This document shows, piece by piece, positions 1 to 14,951 of a stretch of DNA of 64,000 nucleotides (position 1 is its first letter; each line of letters begins with the position of its first letter). This DNA comes from Balanoglossus misakiensis (Eukaryota; Animalia; Hemichordata), in NCBI GenBank assembly GCA_040954595.2, contig CM082588.2:4590156-4654155 (forward strand), given 5' to 3'. The position numbers were made by a program, and so were the translations under genes. The notes under the pieces were generated by a model. That model was not told the DNA's origin and made no database searches. It saw only the letters and a program-made list of their open reading frames with translations.

Positions 1-407
1 TCCTCTCCTTTCTTCCCCCCCCCTCTGTCTCAACCCCCACCTCCTCACACATGATTATGAGCATGCCCCCATGTACGAGCTGTGAATGTTTTCTGTGCAT
101 GTAAAATGGTAACTTGGATTATCCATGTATAATTTTAGCCACACTGTCACCTTCACTGCTTGTCTTGTCTCCAAGCTTACCTGTGCATGTCAAATAAATT
201 GAACTAACTATTGATGAGCACTGTTTTTGAAATAACATCACAAACATACATGTACGTCGATAAAATCACCTGTTTAATTTTGATGTGTGACATGTTTTAA
301 CTTTTATCTCGGTATAATGGTACCTCACGTAACAACATGCACCCTCGCATCCATTATTGACGACTTTTTTCTTCCCTTCATTATCTGGTGTTAATTTTGG
401 TTTGCAG

Positions 408-3400
408 AATGGTCGCACGGGGGTGCACTATGCAGCTCTTAATGGTCATGCTACAACCATCAAGGCATGCATACAACAAGGCTGTGATCCTGATACTCAA
501 GATGTTGTAAGCATCTCTCTGTTAAAAAGATAATGAATTTAAAAAAAGTCTGTTCTAATCTTATAAGGCTTTGAAGTCACAAAGAGCTTTTCTGTGCTGT
601 GGTTTTGCTGCATGGCTTAGAACAGGCTAGTTTTGAAAACGTAGAGTAGTACTTCAGAAAATAGGGTAATTTCATAACCCCTTTTTGGATAAAATTTGAA
701 TAAATCTGACTTCATTTCTTTACTAACAAGTGTAAATCACTTATTATTAGTATTTGTTGAGATTTTGTTGCGTGGCTATAAGCAGTTTTAAATAATGGCA
801 GAATATTCTCATGTGACATGTACAAGAAAAATAACACAAGGTCCATCGTGTTATACAGCACAGAGTTCAATTCAGAAATTAACCTGGGATGCATTCCCTC
901 CCCCCCCTCTCTCTTTCTCTGCAGGCCGGTCGGACCGCACTTCATCTGGCAGTCACCGACGGACACGTGGAGGCCGTCACAGCTCTCATCGAGGAAGGAT
1001 GTCCTGTCGATAGGCAGGATCAGGTGGTAATGCATCTTCTCTTTTTGTCATCTTAAGCATTTCCATGGCAACATGCACATCCCATCGGTTGGGTGACATC
1101 TCATAGAGCTTCATGTTCGTATCGCTGTTAACACATCGCCAGCTCTCGTAAGTCAGCGTCCGACATTCACGCTTTTCGCCCAGTAATTGTGCAGTATAGT
1201 CCACTGATATGCCACTATAAAGGAAGTGCATTCTTATAATTGTTGTTTGAGAAAAGTTGAAGTTCTTCACTTCTTTTCTATTCATTATACATGTAATAGA
1301 CAGTAGCTGTGATGTGAACTAGTAGCCAGAATTGAACCATAGTCTCTACTGTCTATGATTGAACTTTGTTTCTTGGGTTGGAAAGAGAGAAATTTGTTAC
1401 TCTGAAAAGATTGCCAAATTTTGGCTTTAGATTACTTGGCAAACAGTGTAAAGTTCAAATTCCGACCGTCCACTCTGAGCCAAACCAGCATGAAGACCGC
1501 CTAGGGTGCTACTTAATGTAATCTCTGAAATACAACCGTTTAAGAGGATAGAAATTTTGGTAAATCCCACCAAAACAAGTCATCAGATGCAGCCTCGGGG
1601 CAGAGTGAGCAGCTATCCCCCCAAACAATGACCCTTTCCCGCTTTCCCAATTCAGTGTATTGATCACCTAAATTAGAATCTTGCGGTTCTCACAATGCGG
1701 TTTTCAGAAGCCGAGGTTAGCTGGACATTGATTGGCTCTTGTGTGTCTTCCGAATGGATTCTGCAAAGTCAAAGGAATGCTCAATAAGTCAATATAATCA
1801 GCCGAGTGAAATGGCCCACCAAAGATGATGTGTGTGGTACCAGCCAGGAGAAAATTGTGTTGGTTTTATAAGATGATTTTTAACAAAAAAGTGAAAAGAA
1901 ACTTTTCTTTAGTGGGTTCCTGTGGCTATAGACCCCGTCAGAGGGACAACATGGTCTTGAAATCGTTCATAGCTATGGTGGAGTTTTGTACTAAATTATC
2001 TGGACTTTCAGACAGTGTGTGTTGACTTCTGTAATTTTGTCAGAAATAGCCAGTGTTTAGGATCAACGCTACGTGAGTCGTTCTTGAACATTGGACAGTG
2101 TGTCAATATTTAATCTAATTTTAGGAGGGAATTTACCCTCAGGACAAGGTTTCATAAACTAAACAGATTGATTTATCAGTTCAGTTCCACAACCTTTTTG
2201 GTGTACTGTAAACAAAAGATTTATTACACCAAAAGTGTGATGTAGAATAACCTTGAAAGTATTTCCCACCATGAAAGTTAAATTATTTTCCAGCCTTTCA
2301 AAAATCGTTTTTAAATCAAATGTTACTCTAATGCTAGCATGTACAAGAAGAGAAAATGATATTGAAGAGAATGATTTGAAGTTAAAACTGCGGACAAAAC
2401 ACGCAACATATATAAGCACTGACAGGCACTTCGCTGTCACTCTACCATAAAAAGCAACTCTTTGCAGAATTCAGATGTTTTGACCACCGCATTGTCGCAG
2501 GGAGACTCCCATTTCACGCACCACTGCATGCGCTGCCCACAATTCTGCGGTCTGTCCAGCCATTTCTAAATGGCATTGTGAAAATGCAGTCGGCAAGGAC
2601 CAGCCCGGTCGTTATCTTTGACCGTCAGTCAGTAGAGACCTCTCCATCCACTTTGTCGGGATTCCTGAAATCACTTCATGCGTCGGATGGATTGGCGGCT
2701 TGTTTTAATTGATTTCATGAAAATAGCTGCGGATGAAAAGCGCTTCTTGACGTAAAATATTCCAAACACGACTGCTGATTTCAAGCGTGGTAGCACTGTT
2801 TCCACTCATGCATTGATAAAACCGATTTTATCACCCAAACTGCAAAGCTTTCATCAGCCTGCCTCAATTATTTTCTATTTCAAATTCGCGACCGCCATTT
2901 TCTGATCTCTTTAGTAACATACATAAAGATTTCTCATATTGTTAATTTTTCCACTATCCAGTGGACCATTACAAAGTCTGGTATGGGGATAATGTTTGGA
3001 ATGTCTTCATATGTAGAGATAAACGTAATTATGTCATGCAGACATTGTAAATGTGTGGGGACTTTGTGATAACTTTCTTCTCCAAAACCATGAAGTATTT
3101 GGTAATCTTCTCCAGAATCTATGTATTTTGGGTGTGTCTTCAAGCAGCTGTATAGTTTACAAAGGTCCAACAGGTCTTACCTAGAAGTATATGTATGTAT
3201 ATATAGTGACTGTGATTAATTTGGGAACAAAAATAGCAGAGAAACGTAACTGTAAATGCTTCATTTCAGAATGGAAACACTGCCTTACATGAAGCAGCGT
3301 GGAACGGATATAGCAAATCGTCGGATGTCTTGTGTACCTACGGTAGAGCCAATGTACACGCAGCGAACAGGGTGAGTTTCTGATGTCTGTTTCTTGCATG

Positions 3401-6400
3401 TTACAGATTCGACCATCCTAGGTTGCAGAAATCATTAAAGTCTTTCTTGTCATGTCTTTGGCACAGTTTTTGGAACAGTTATGAAGGAGAAGTGTGCTAT
3501 GTGACAAACATTTGTCAGTGTTGTGCATTGTGATTTTATTTTGTTTCTTTTCTGATATTTGTCTCAAACAGAACGGAATGCGACCATTACATATGGCAGT
3601 ACAGAACGGCCACAACGAATCCTCCCGTGTTCTTCTGAGACATGGTACTCATCCTGATACACGAAATAACGTAAGAACACTGTTTACATTTGAACTTGAG
3701 TGTTTCAAACCATCAAATGTTTTTTTGCTAGTGGTGACTTTCATCCAGTGCATTCTTGGTGAGACGTTTCGTTCTGATTTTGTCTTCTGACCGGTCGTTA
3801 TTTCTTTCCTCCTCAGCATGGTGAGACACCGCTTCACATAGCTGCCACACACGGTCATGTGACCTGCTGCAGAATTCTCATCAGTGGTAGAAGTGACATC
3901 AATGCTATCAACAGGGTAGGTCAAAGGTCATACGCCAGGAAAAACTTTTTTGCTTTTTTGATGTGAGAGAATCTAAAACATGGGTTTGTACTTGTAGTCA
4001 ACTAAAGTCTGTAGGCTGAAAAGGCACTACCGGTATTTTCTGCCAAATGACTTGGTTTTACATTTTTGTCTTATCAGGAAGGAAACACGCCCTTGCACGT
4101 TGCTGCCAGTTTGGGGAAACGGAAAATCACCAAAATATTGGTGGAAGCAGGCTGTGATGTCAATACAAGAAACAATGTAAGTTGTTTTAATACAGGCATA
4201 AAACATGCTGTCAAGATCAGAAGGTGCTTTGCTTACTCCTCTGTCATTACTGGTGTCCTGTCTGCATAATTTGTAAGATGAATGTATTAAAGTGTAATCC
4301 CATGTGTTTAATTATGCATTTACAGAAAGGACAGACTGCGGTTGATGTGGCCAGGGACCATGAATACCCAGAGGTTATAATAATCATAGCGAGCGCCCCC
4401 AAAAAGGTAAGACATTGGGTTGGGTTGTACAGGTGTGTGACTGCATATTTTTTCTTACACATGGCTTTATCCGAACAGTGACAATGAACTTGAGAAAGTT
4501 TATGAAAGCACATCTCGCAGAAGGAAAGATCTTGCCTTGCCCTTAAGCATAAAGTAAAGCAGATTCTTTTTAGCTTTTCTCTTCCAATTTCTGGATTGAG
4601 ATGTATATCTGCAGTACAAGAAAAGTCCATAAACATTGGTCCAAGTTTACATGAATATGATTGATGTTTGTTTTATTTTCAAAAAAATGGAAATATAGAT
4701 ACATGAGAATCTAAACCATTATAAAAGACATCCAATAATGAATAATGTTCCCCTCTATAAATCAATCAATGTAATGCAGATCCCATATCACTTTGATAAC
4801 ACTCTCCCCTGATGACAATATCTGTCTATTGTATGATAATTTCCTCTCACTGGATTAAGATAAAGTAATTCTTCTTTCTTTATTTTATAATTGCTAACAC
4901 ACATAACAACCAACACTCTTCCGACCACAGGCTCAGAAAGCGCGATCGAGACAACATCATCAGCATCACCACAGAAACCAACCGACAGAACACCAGGTAT
5001 GGTCGCTGACTCACCCCCTCCTGACCAGAAACCCCACTCTCCCCCCAACTTACAAGTGGTACAAACCCCATAAACATGGCTGCCTTCTTCACCTGTTGCA
5101 GACTACAGCACACTCATAAAATGACATTTTAAGTTTCAACCTCACACGCCCTCCCACTGCCTGTCTTCCTGGCATGCCTCAGCCGTAACACTGAAAATAA
5201 ACTTTCTGCAAATAAATTAATTAATCTAAATAACGAAAATAGTAAACTTACTAACCCTACAAGTCATTGCAGGTATGCATGGCCATGTGTAAGTAAGTAT
5301 CTCACCGTAACTCGGGTAATTTTAATATGGTGAATTGAAAGGGCTTGAGAAAAGATCAAGGTGACATCAAAAGGTTTAGAGCGGGTTAAATTGCTATCAA
5401 AGTGTGTTTGGGAAAGTATATTACATCCATGGATTGGGAAATTTATGAAAAAGTTCAGTTTTGAGACAGTCACAACTTCTGTATCACAGAGCCCAGTGAT
5501 TGGCCGACGAGAGCAACGAGCCAGGGCAGCTGAGCAAGGCATGATGGGAACTCCGCCAGGTCAAATCCCGTACAGCCGTTACCAAAATCAACAGTACGCT
5601 TTACCAACACATCACGGTGATCCCAAACATAAATCGCCCCATGGCACGTCGCCACAGCAACCACCACCACCACCTCATCAGGTATGCTGGTGATGTCTTG
5701 GGAACGGGCCTTAATATCAGTTCCTCTTCCATTTCCCATGATCCATTGGAAACGCAATGGTGAAAAGAAAACATTGGAATTGTGGGTACATTCTAAAGCA
5801 GGAAGGCAGGCAGCCATGTTAATGTCACATTTATATTATTTTGTTAATACTTGGAATATCTCTATCTGTTCAATGGACTGTGTTCTTGTAATATGACTGA
5901 TACACCACTTAGTGAGAAAGCAGCAGATTGAACACAGATTCTGTTTGTAATTTCAAATATTCAAGGCTGGTTTCTGACATGTAGCCAAGACAAGAATATT
6001 TATGTACCAAACTCAACATTTCCATTGCTTATGCCCGACTGGACTAGAAATTCATCAACTTTGTCCTCTTTTTTCTGATGACCACAGAGGGCACCACCCC
6101 ACGGCAGGGTTTCGGCCACCGACGCTACACGGTCGGGGTTTGGGCCCCCCTGGCAGCAGCAGAATGGGATGTCATGGCAACAGCAGGCATGGCACCAGTG
6201 GTCATGGCAACGGCAGCAAGAGCAGGAATACCAGCACCTGGAAGGGCAGAGACAGACGCCGCTGGAGAGAGCCCTGGAGCACGAACGGAGACACCATCAC
6301 GATGTGCAGTTCGGCCGAGTGACAGGGAACCCGCACCAGGATTCCGAGTACTACAGGGATGCCTTTGGAAATGTGCATGAGGTCAGTGAATATAGATTGG

Positions 6401-9400
6401 CCCTTCCTAATTGGCCCCTTCATTACAGCTAGGCCATGGCCCTCACACAACCCTTTGGTACAGGTCTGTGTCAGAATCTGTTACAGGCCAATCTGAGAAG
6501 TTGGACTGATTTCAGAGCTGTGTGATCAGGCCTGAATCAGGCTTGATGAGTACAGGACTGTGTACAGCTGTGAAGGAGTTTTAGACTGCATATATCCAGT
6601 CCTGTGTACATGCATTGCGTACATTCACTTACCGTACATGCATTGCGTACATTCACTTACTTACCGTGCATTGCGTACATTCACTTACCGTACATGCATT
6701 GCGTACATTCACTTACTTACCATGCATTGCGTACATTCACTTACCGTACATGCATTGCGTACATTCACTTACTTACCGTGCATTGCGTACATTCACTTAC
6801 TGTACATGCATTGCGTACATTCACTTACCGTGCATGCATTGCATACATTCACTTACCGTGCATGCATTGCGTACATTCACTTACTTACCGTGCATTGCGT
6901 ACATTCACTTACCGTGCATGCATTGCGTACATTCACTTACCGTGCATGCATTGCGTACATTCACTTACCGTGCATGCATTGCGTACATTCACTTACCGTG
7001 CATGCATTGCGTACATTCACTTACCGTACATGCATTGCGTACATTCACTTACCGTACATGCATTGCGTACATTCACTTACTTACCGTGCATTGCGTACAT
7101 TCACTTACCGTGCATGCATTGCGTACATTCACTTACCGTACATGCATTGCGTACATTCACTTACCGTACATGCATTGCGTACATTCACTTACTTACCGTG
7201 CATTGCGTACATTCACTTACTTACCGTGCATTGCGTACATTCACTTACCGTGCATGCATTGCCTACATTCACTTACCGTGCATGCATTGCGTACATTCAC
7301 TTACCGTGCATGCATTGCGTACATTCACTTACCGTGCATGCATTGCGTACATTCACTTACCGTACATGCATTGCGTACATTCACTTACTTACCGTGCATT
7401 GCGTACATTCACTTACTGTACATGCATTGCGTACATTCACTTACCGTGCATGCATTGCATACATTCACTTACCGTGCATGCATTGCGTACATTCACTTAC
7501 TTACCGTGCATTGCGTACATTCACTTACTTACCGTGCATTGCGTACATTCACTTACCGTGCATGCATTGCGTACATTCACTTACCGTGCATGCATTGCGT
7601 ACATTCACTTACTTACCGTGCATTGCGTACATTCACTTACCGTACATGCATTGCGTACATTCACTTACCGTACATGCATTGCGTACATTCACTTACTTAC
7701 CATGCATTGCGTACATTCACTTACCGTACATGCATTGCGTACATTCACTTACTTACCGTGCATTGCGTACATTCACTTACCGTACATGCATTGCGTACAT
7801 TCACTTACTTACCATGCATTGCGTACATTCACTTACTTACCGTGCATTGCGTACATTCACTTACCGTGCATGCATTGCGTACATTCACTTACCGTGCATG
7901 CATTGCGTACATTCACTTACCGTGCATGCATTGCGTACATTCACTTACCGTGCATGCATTGCGTACATTCACTTACCGTACATGCATTGCGTACATTCAC
8001 TTACTTACCGTGCATTGCGTACATTCACTTACTGTACATGCATTGCGTACATTCACTTACCGTGCATGCATTGCATACATTCACTTACCGTGCATGCATT
8101 GCGTACATTCACTTACTTACCGTGCATTGCGTACATTCACTTACCGTGCATGCATTGCGTACATTCACTTACCGTGCATGCATTGCGTACATTCACTTAC
8201 CGTGCATGCATTGCGTACATTCACTTACCGTGCATGCATTGCGTACATTCACTTACCGTACATGCATTGCGTACATTCACTTACCGTACATGCATTGCGT
8301 ACATTCACTTACTTACCATGCATTGCGTACATTCACTTACCGTGCATGCATTGCGTACATTCACTTACCGTACATGCATTGCGTACATTCACTTACCGTA
8401 CATGCATTGCGTACATTCACTTACTTACCGTGCATTGCGTACATTCACTTACTTACCGTGCATTGCGTACATTCACTTACCGTGCATGCATTGCGTACAT
8501 TCACTTACCGTGCATGCATTGCGTACATTCACTTACCGTGCATGCATTGCGTACATTCACTTACCGTGCATGCATTGCGTACATTCACTTACCGTACATG
8601 CATTGCGTACATTCACTTACTTACCGTGCATTGCGTACATTCACTTACTGTACATGCATTGCGTACATTCACTTACCGTGCATGCATTGCATACATTCAC
8701 TTACCGTGCATGCATTGCGTACATTCACTTACTTACCGTGCATTGCGTACATTCACTTACTTACCGTGCATTGCGTACATTCACTTACCGTGCATGCATT
8801 GCGTACATTCACTTACCGTGCATGCATTGCGTACATTCACTTACTTACCGTGCATTGCGTACATTCACTTACCGTACATGCATTGCGTACATTCACTTAC
8901 CGTACATGCATTGCGTACATTCACTTACTTACCGTGCATTGCGTACATTCACTTACCGTGCATGCATTGCATACATTCACTTACCGTGCATGCATTGCGT
9001 ACATTCACTTACTTACCGTGCATTGCGTACATTCACTTACTTACCGTGCATTGCGTACATTCACTTACCGTGCATGCATTGCGTACATTCACTTACCGTG
9101 CATGCATTGCGTACATTCACTTACTTACCGTGCATTGCGTACATTCACTTACCGTACATGCATTGCGTACATTCACTTACCGTACATGCATTGCGTACAT
9201 TCACTTACTTACCGTGCATTGCGTACATTCACTTACCGTGCATGCATTGCGTACATTCACTTACCGTGCATGCATTGCGTACATTCACTTACCGTACATG
9301 CATTGCGTACATTCACTTACCGTACATGCATTGCGTACATTCACTTACCGTGCATGCATTGCGTACATTCACTTACCGTGCATGCATTGCGTACATTCAC

Positions 9401-12400
9401 TTACCGTGCATGCATTGCGTACATTCACTTACTTACCGTGCATTGCGTACATTCACTTACCGTACATGCATTGCGTACATTCACTTACCGTACATGCATT
9501 GCGTACATTCACTTACCGTACATGCATTGCGTACATTCACTTACTTACCGTGCATTGCGTACATTCACTTACCGTACATGCATTGCGTACATTCACTTAC
9601 CGTGCATGCATTGCGTACATTCACTTACCGTGCATGCATTGCGTACATTCACTTACCGTGCATGCATTGCGTACATTCACTTACTTACCGTGCATTGCGT
9701 ACATTCACTTACCGTGCATGCATTGCGTACATTCACTTACTTACCGTGCATTGCGTACATTCACTTACCGTACATGCATTGCGTACATTCACTTACTTAC
9801 CGTGCATTGCGTACATTCACTTACCGTACATGCATTGCGTACATTCACTCACTTACCGTCAGGACTGAAACGTGGGTGTGTGAGTAGACACACTTGCAAA
9901 CTTGCAGATAGGCTTCATAAAAACAACTTAATGGCTGGTACTAGTTGACATACCATTCCAGCATACATGAACTGTTTCTCAGCTGAAAGAAAACTTATAG
10001 AAATATGATATAAAATGTCCAACTGTCTCGTAATTCAAATCACACTGATTTATCCTAAATTAAAGGCTATATAATTTCAGGCTATAGTACAGTTTGAAGG
10101 ATTGATGGGGTACAGTAATGCAGTGTAAAATAACCCAGTAATTGGCCTATCACTATCAGGGCACATTCCAATGCAGTAGTAATTCCATTTGAAGAGCCCA
10201 CTTGATCTCGGCACTGCTGGGGTGTTCATTCTGCAATTTCCGTTGTGTTGGTGGATGTTTTATTGCAACTAGAGACAGATAACCCATGCAGATTAGCCTC
10301 CCAGTTAAACCCACAACTACGCACTTTTGCAGAGATAAGGACATTCCGATGCAACAGTATCACTGACTACTGGAATGCTTCTTTGCAGATAAAGTTATGC
10401 TCATGAAACACTCAGATTTTATGGCTCATTGGACCGTCTTGAACACTGTTGTCAACCTCTGTTGTTCGACATTGCACGCAGGTCCCACACAACCAATTTT
10501 AAGTTTGAAAAAACCCCCACAGAAAATGCACAATTTGATGTAGAGACTGTAAGAATGTATAACTACTACAATTTACAAAGGACTGAAACCAAATTAGTCT
10601 AGAAGTTTCATTATCATGTCGCTTCTTTTGTGGTCTTTTTGACTTTGCACAACTGCAATTGTCATAAAACTTTACAGCATTGTCTTCTTACAAATGAATA
10701 AAAAGTTATGATCTTTTGGACTCATGACAAAAAGTAACCGCGAAAATATACTCAATGACTTATTGATTTGTTGAGTTAATTCTTTTCATGAAACCCAACT
10801 GCTTTGTTGAATTTGTATTAGTCATAATTAAAAATCAATAACACTTATTTCTGCTGAGTATAGTTGATCCATTATTGATACAGTGCCTCAATTAAATTTA
10901 CTTAAAGGGTGGGTGTAGTCCCGTCTACTGGTTTGGGTCCCATATGACACAGTTGCTAGCTAGTCGAAGTAGCCGTAAAGTATAATTGCTACAATGTACA
11001 TCATATCAAATATGGCATTGTTACATTTCCAAGTTACTAGTACGATTTACTTTGCTTGTTGTATAATGTTAAAACATGTCCAGGCTATGAAACAAGGGCC
11101 GATTTCCATCGTTATTCTGATGGATTACCTAACTCAGCCACATTTCACACACTTGCCTAACTCAGCTGCAATTACCCGAGAATGGTTAGCAGTGTGCTAT
11201 CAATATCATTCAACAATATTGTCTCAGTATGCAAATTTATAGCCATTTTCTCAGATCGAATAAACATGAGCCCAGGTCCAGTGAATAGGAAGGGTAGAAA
11301 TAGTTTCTAATATAAGCTTTCTCTTTTGTGCCTTGCAGCGACCAGTCTCAAACTGCAACTGTATGCCGTATGTGAGGAGACTTGAGAACCAGTTGGAAGC
11401 CACCAAGGAGAAGTTCATGTACGAGATCGAGTCCACCACTCAGATGATGGAGGACAAGATGAAATACTTCGACAAGAAGATGTTGCATCAGTCGAGTTGC
11501 CTGGATCAGCTGTGCAAGGAGAGAATGGCGACGGAGAGGACGGAGTGTCTGCACAGGATCGACCGCAGAGCGCAGAAGGAGCAGGCGGAGTTCGAGCGCC
11601 GGAGCACGGTCCGGATCAACGCGCTCCGGAGGGAACTGAAGGGCTGGTTCGAGGACCGGTTCCGACACTTCGAGAAGAAGTACAGCGACGATTTCGGGAT
11701 CGACCTCGGAAGCGATCACGATCACGAGGACGATTACGGCGAACCTGGCGGGAGTTTGTTGCGTTCGAAGTCGGAAGGGCGGCTGCCTGCGAGTCAGACT
11801 GACCCCGCAGGCGAGAAGCAGGCCGACCCGTCGCCCCAGAGACCTACCGGCAAACTGCTGCCGGATACAATCACTGCCACTCGGACTCTGCAGGAGGTGC
11901 GCTATGCAAAGACTAAACCCATTGAGAGTACTAACGATCCGTACGTGCTACGGGAGGAATCGGAAAATACTGCCACGGAGAAGAGCCAGGACTCGGATCA
12001 CGGAAAGCCGGCTGTCCAGCCACCCTCGAAGCCCCCCAAACCCCCCAAACCTCTGCCCCCTCCCAGGACTGTCAGCTATCCTTCCAGCCCCCCGGCTAAT
12101 CCCAACACCGGCGCCATTCCGAAAAGGACGGCGAGTCAGAAGTGGGGAGAGCCGGCGGGAAATCCACATTCCCAGGGAGACGCAACATCATCATCAGGGA
12201 AAAACACCGGGAATGATTTGCTGAGGGTTTCATCCACTGATGAACAAAATCCAACACAGGGACAGAATCCTGCCACCCCAGCTGCTCCACATCCGGGACA
12301 GAACTCGATAGGAACAAAAGGAACGAACCTCATCAATCCTGTGTACCTGTACAAGAGCCCTACGAGTCCGCCTCCACCTTTCAAAAAAGCGAACGCCAGA

Positions 12401-13513
12401 ACAGACATTCCCAGGGCGCACGAGACGCAGGGAAATCCCCAAACTGCAGGCTCATCACCTCAGTCAAACAGGTTACAAGGAGGTATGAGGACAGATCTCG
12501 CCCCGGGGTCGAACGGGAACCTCCCAGCTCCTCACCATCACGCCCAGCCACCACCTCTGCATCCGAACGCTCAAAGGCAATATGCGAAACCCGCAGTGTA
12601 CCAGCGGCCCAACCAAGCGCATTCCGGGGGTACGGCACGCTTTAATCCAAATACGCCGCGCGTTCCGACCGCCTCGTACTCAGCACTACGGACTCCAAAT
12701 CACTCCCAGCATCCACAGACCATTAACGTTTCACCCATCACTGTTAACACCTCACTTGCAAACGCCTCCGTTCCCTCACAAGACTCTCCCAGCACCATCG
12801 CGTCTAGCCCCGGTTCGGTTACACCACATGGCGACGACAGCCTTTTGGCAAATAATCGTGACAGTTCTGACTCCATGTCAACAAGTACATTGTCAAGTTC
12901 ACGCTCAAGAAGGGACCCCATAGACCCCTCATTAGCAATGGCGTTATTAGAAGAGAACGATTCGTTAGAAACGTACACTCGCGAGCCTATGCAGACATTC
13001 AGTCCACCCCCGTACAGCCAGAATGTGACGAACTCGTTGTATTCGCCCCCGACCAGGAGTCGACCGATCGCCACTTTTGAAGTCCGGCCGTCTCAAAACT
13101 CGCAAGAGGAGCATTTATACACAACCAGCGGGAAAGCGCGCCCAAAGAGCGACCGTAAGATCGCGCCCAAGAGCCCCGGGGAGCAAGTCGTGCCGAACAT
13201 GGAAGACAAGCCCCGTCAGAACGGCGACCCACACTGTAAGTCGCGCGCGCATTCGCGCCAGTATAGCACCGACAGTAGCGATACTAGTTTCGACCCCGTC
13301 ACCGTGACGCAGCATTTCTTCGACACGGTGTCCAACCAAATGGAGCGGTGGTACGAGCGACGAATACAGGACGTGCAAAAGCAAGCTGAGCACAAAGTGT
13401 CGTTCGAACAACAGGAAATGAAAACAAAGCTGGTCGAATTGGAGACAAAAATTCAAGATCTGAAAGGGTCTGATAAGAAAGACAGTGACACTGATGAACA
13501 AGTCCTTGTGTAA
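408..13513 (+). CDS. ANKRD6: Ankyrin repeat domain-containing protein 6 (Diversin)-like, 5'-partial, 11 coding exons visible
   Basis: Phase-0 GT-AG exons 408-506, 925-1023, 3270-3371, 3572-3670, 3817-3915, 4078-4176, 4326-4406 each encode about one ankyrin repeat (e.g. NGNTALHEAAWNGYSKSS, NGMRPLHMAVQNGHNESSRVLL, EGNTPLHVAASLGKRKITKILVEAG). These are followed by 4931-4996, 5490-5681, 6088-6381 and terminal exon 11339-13513. The central block (YYRDAFGNVHE|RPVSNCNCMPYVRRLENQLEAT...ERMATERTECL) and C-terminal block (VTQHFFDTVSNQMERWYERRI) match vertebrate ANKRD6 motifs as I recall them. The low-complexity middle exons are less certain. Confidence 0.9.
6607..9859. repeat. 28-bp intronic minisatellite, ~116 copies, in the last ANKRD6 intron
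   Basis: Unit TGCATTGCGTACATTCACTTACCGT(A/G)CA interspersed with same-length variant TGCATTGCGTACATTCACTTACTTACCG. The 28-aa (84-bp) periodicity of the three overlapping ORFs confirms a 28-bp period. Confidence 0.98.
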
Positions 13514-14951
13514 CAATTTGCATGTGTGCTCTTTCATCTATACATGTCTGAATTTGCAAATCTGAAATTTTGCTAAAATGCATATACTGATGCCAGCATG
13601 CTGCTTTTAACAAACCTCTAACAAGCCAGGCTGTCGTTTGCTTAGAAACAAATCTTATCGTGATCAAGTGCAGGAATTTTCTGTTTTAGGATAGAGTTCT
13701 CCAAAACTTAGCACCATCGATACGAAAAAATCATGTAGACCCAAGATATATTGTTTTGAATATGATTTACAGTGTAATATTTTGCAAAATGTGTAACATT
13801 TTTAGGACTTTGAACACAAAAATGGTATGACCCTTCAAAAGCACAACACAGCCAAGCCACTCCTACCAAACTAAACCACTAATATACATGTATGTTGAAC
13901 AGAGTGGGATATAACATGTATTCACCTTCAACCCCCCCCCCCTAATATTAATATGGAATGATCCACTTCTAAGAAAGTCCACTAATAAACCATCATAGTC
14001 TGTAATGTGAAACTTTAAAGTTGTTTGTAACATTTGATTATGTGGAATGTTTAAGGTGTAGCTGTCTAACTATATATGTTGTGACTTGTGACTTTCACAC
14101 AGAAGTGAGAAATGCTTGAAAGGGGAGCAGTTTTCTCGTTCACTGTTTGATTTCACATTCCCTGCATGTAACGCAACCAGTTTTGATGAACAATTTGAAC
14201 TGCATCCAAGAGGCAAAAACAGTACAAGTCGAACTAAACTAACCAAATGGTGTTGACTTTTACCAACAGATGCAGTACTGTGAATGAAATTAGAGATGGC
14301 AGTGAGTCAAGTGGACCTTGTTATTGCCGTCAAAGGACAAGGGCTTGAAATAAATAATTTCTGCGACTTTTCCCACTAACCTAAGGTTGCCATTATGATT
14401 TGAATATATATTATTACATGTATTATAATTTAGCACTGGCTAAATGAAATAGGACTATTCTGCACATGGCCACCTAACCTGCTTGAAAAGTTGCCACTCT
14501 GTAAAAACTATATTTAAGCTGCCCTAGCTTCTTCGAATTTCTCAGCAGCAATAAAATTCTTCAAGCCATGTAATGTTATGAGAAATGATAGAAAAAAGAC
14601 AAACAGTCATAATTTGTATATTTTGGTAAGTTTAAGAGTAGCAGTGTAACTGCCGCAAAGGAATTGCTCGAACGAAGAGGAAAGCTTGTTGGCTGATGTT
14701 TCTTGGTTAAGGAATATTTTTGTATTCTTTCTGTGAAAGGTTGAAATAAGCATGGAAGAAGTGGGATAAGTTATTGCAATCAGATTATTTAAGATTCATT
14801 TCCTTCCACAATTTATTTATAATTTACACTTCCTGTTGTACAAATACGAACAGATCTTTGAAGTTATTTTTGTTTATTGGAAGAAAAACCCACATTTCTT
14901 TCAGATGTGGCAGTGATTTCATGTGTACAATTTTCACAATGGCACCACTTT

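Noticed and set aside
1500-2910. Possible non-autonomous DNA transposon remnants in an ANKRD6 intron (likewise ~61900-63850)
   Set aside because: Composition is suggestive but I could not define matching TIRs or a TSD by eye.
6560-9948. Three ~1100-aa Cys/His-rich ORFs
   Set aside because: All three frames are open only because the 28-bp unit has no plus-strand stop; they lie inside an ANKRD6 intron.
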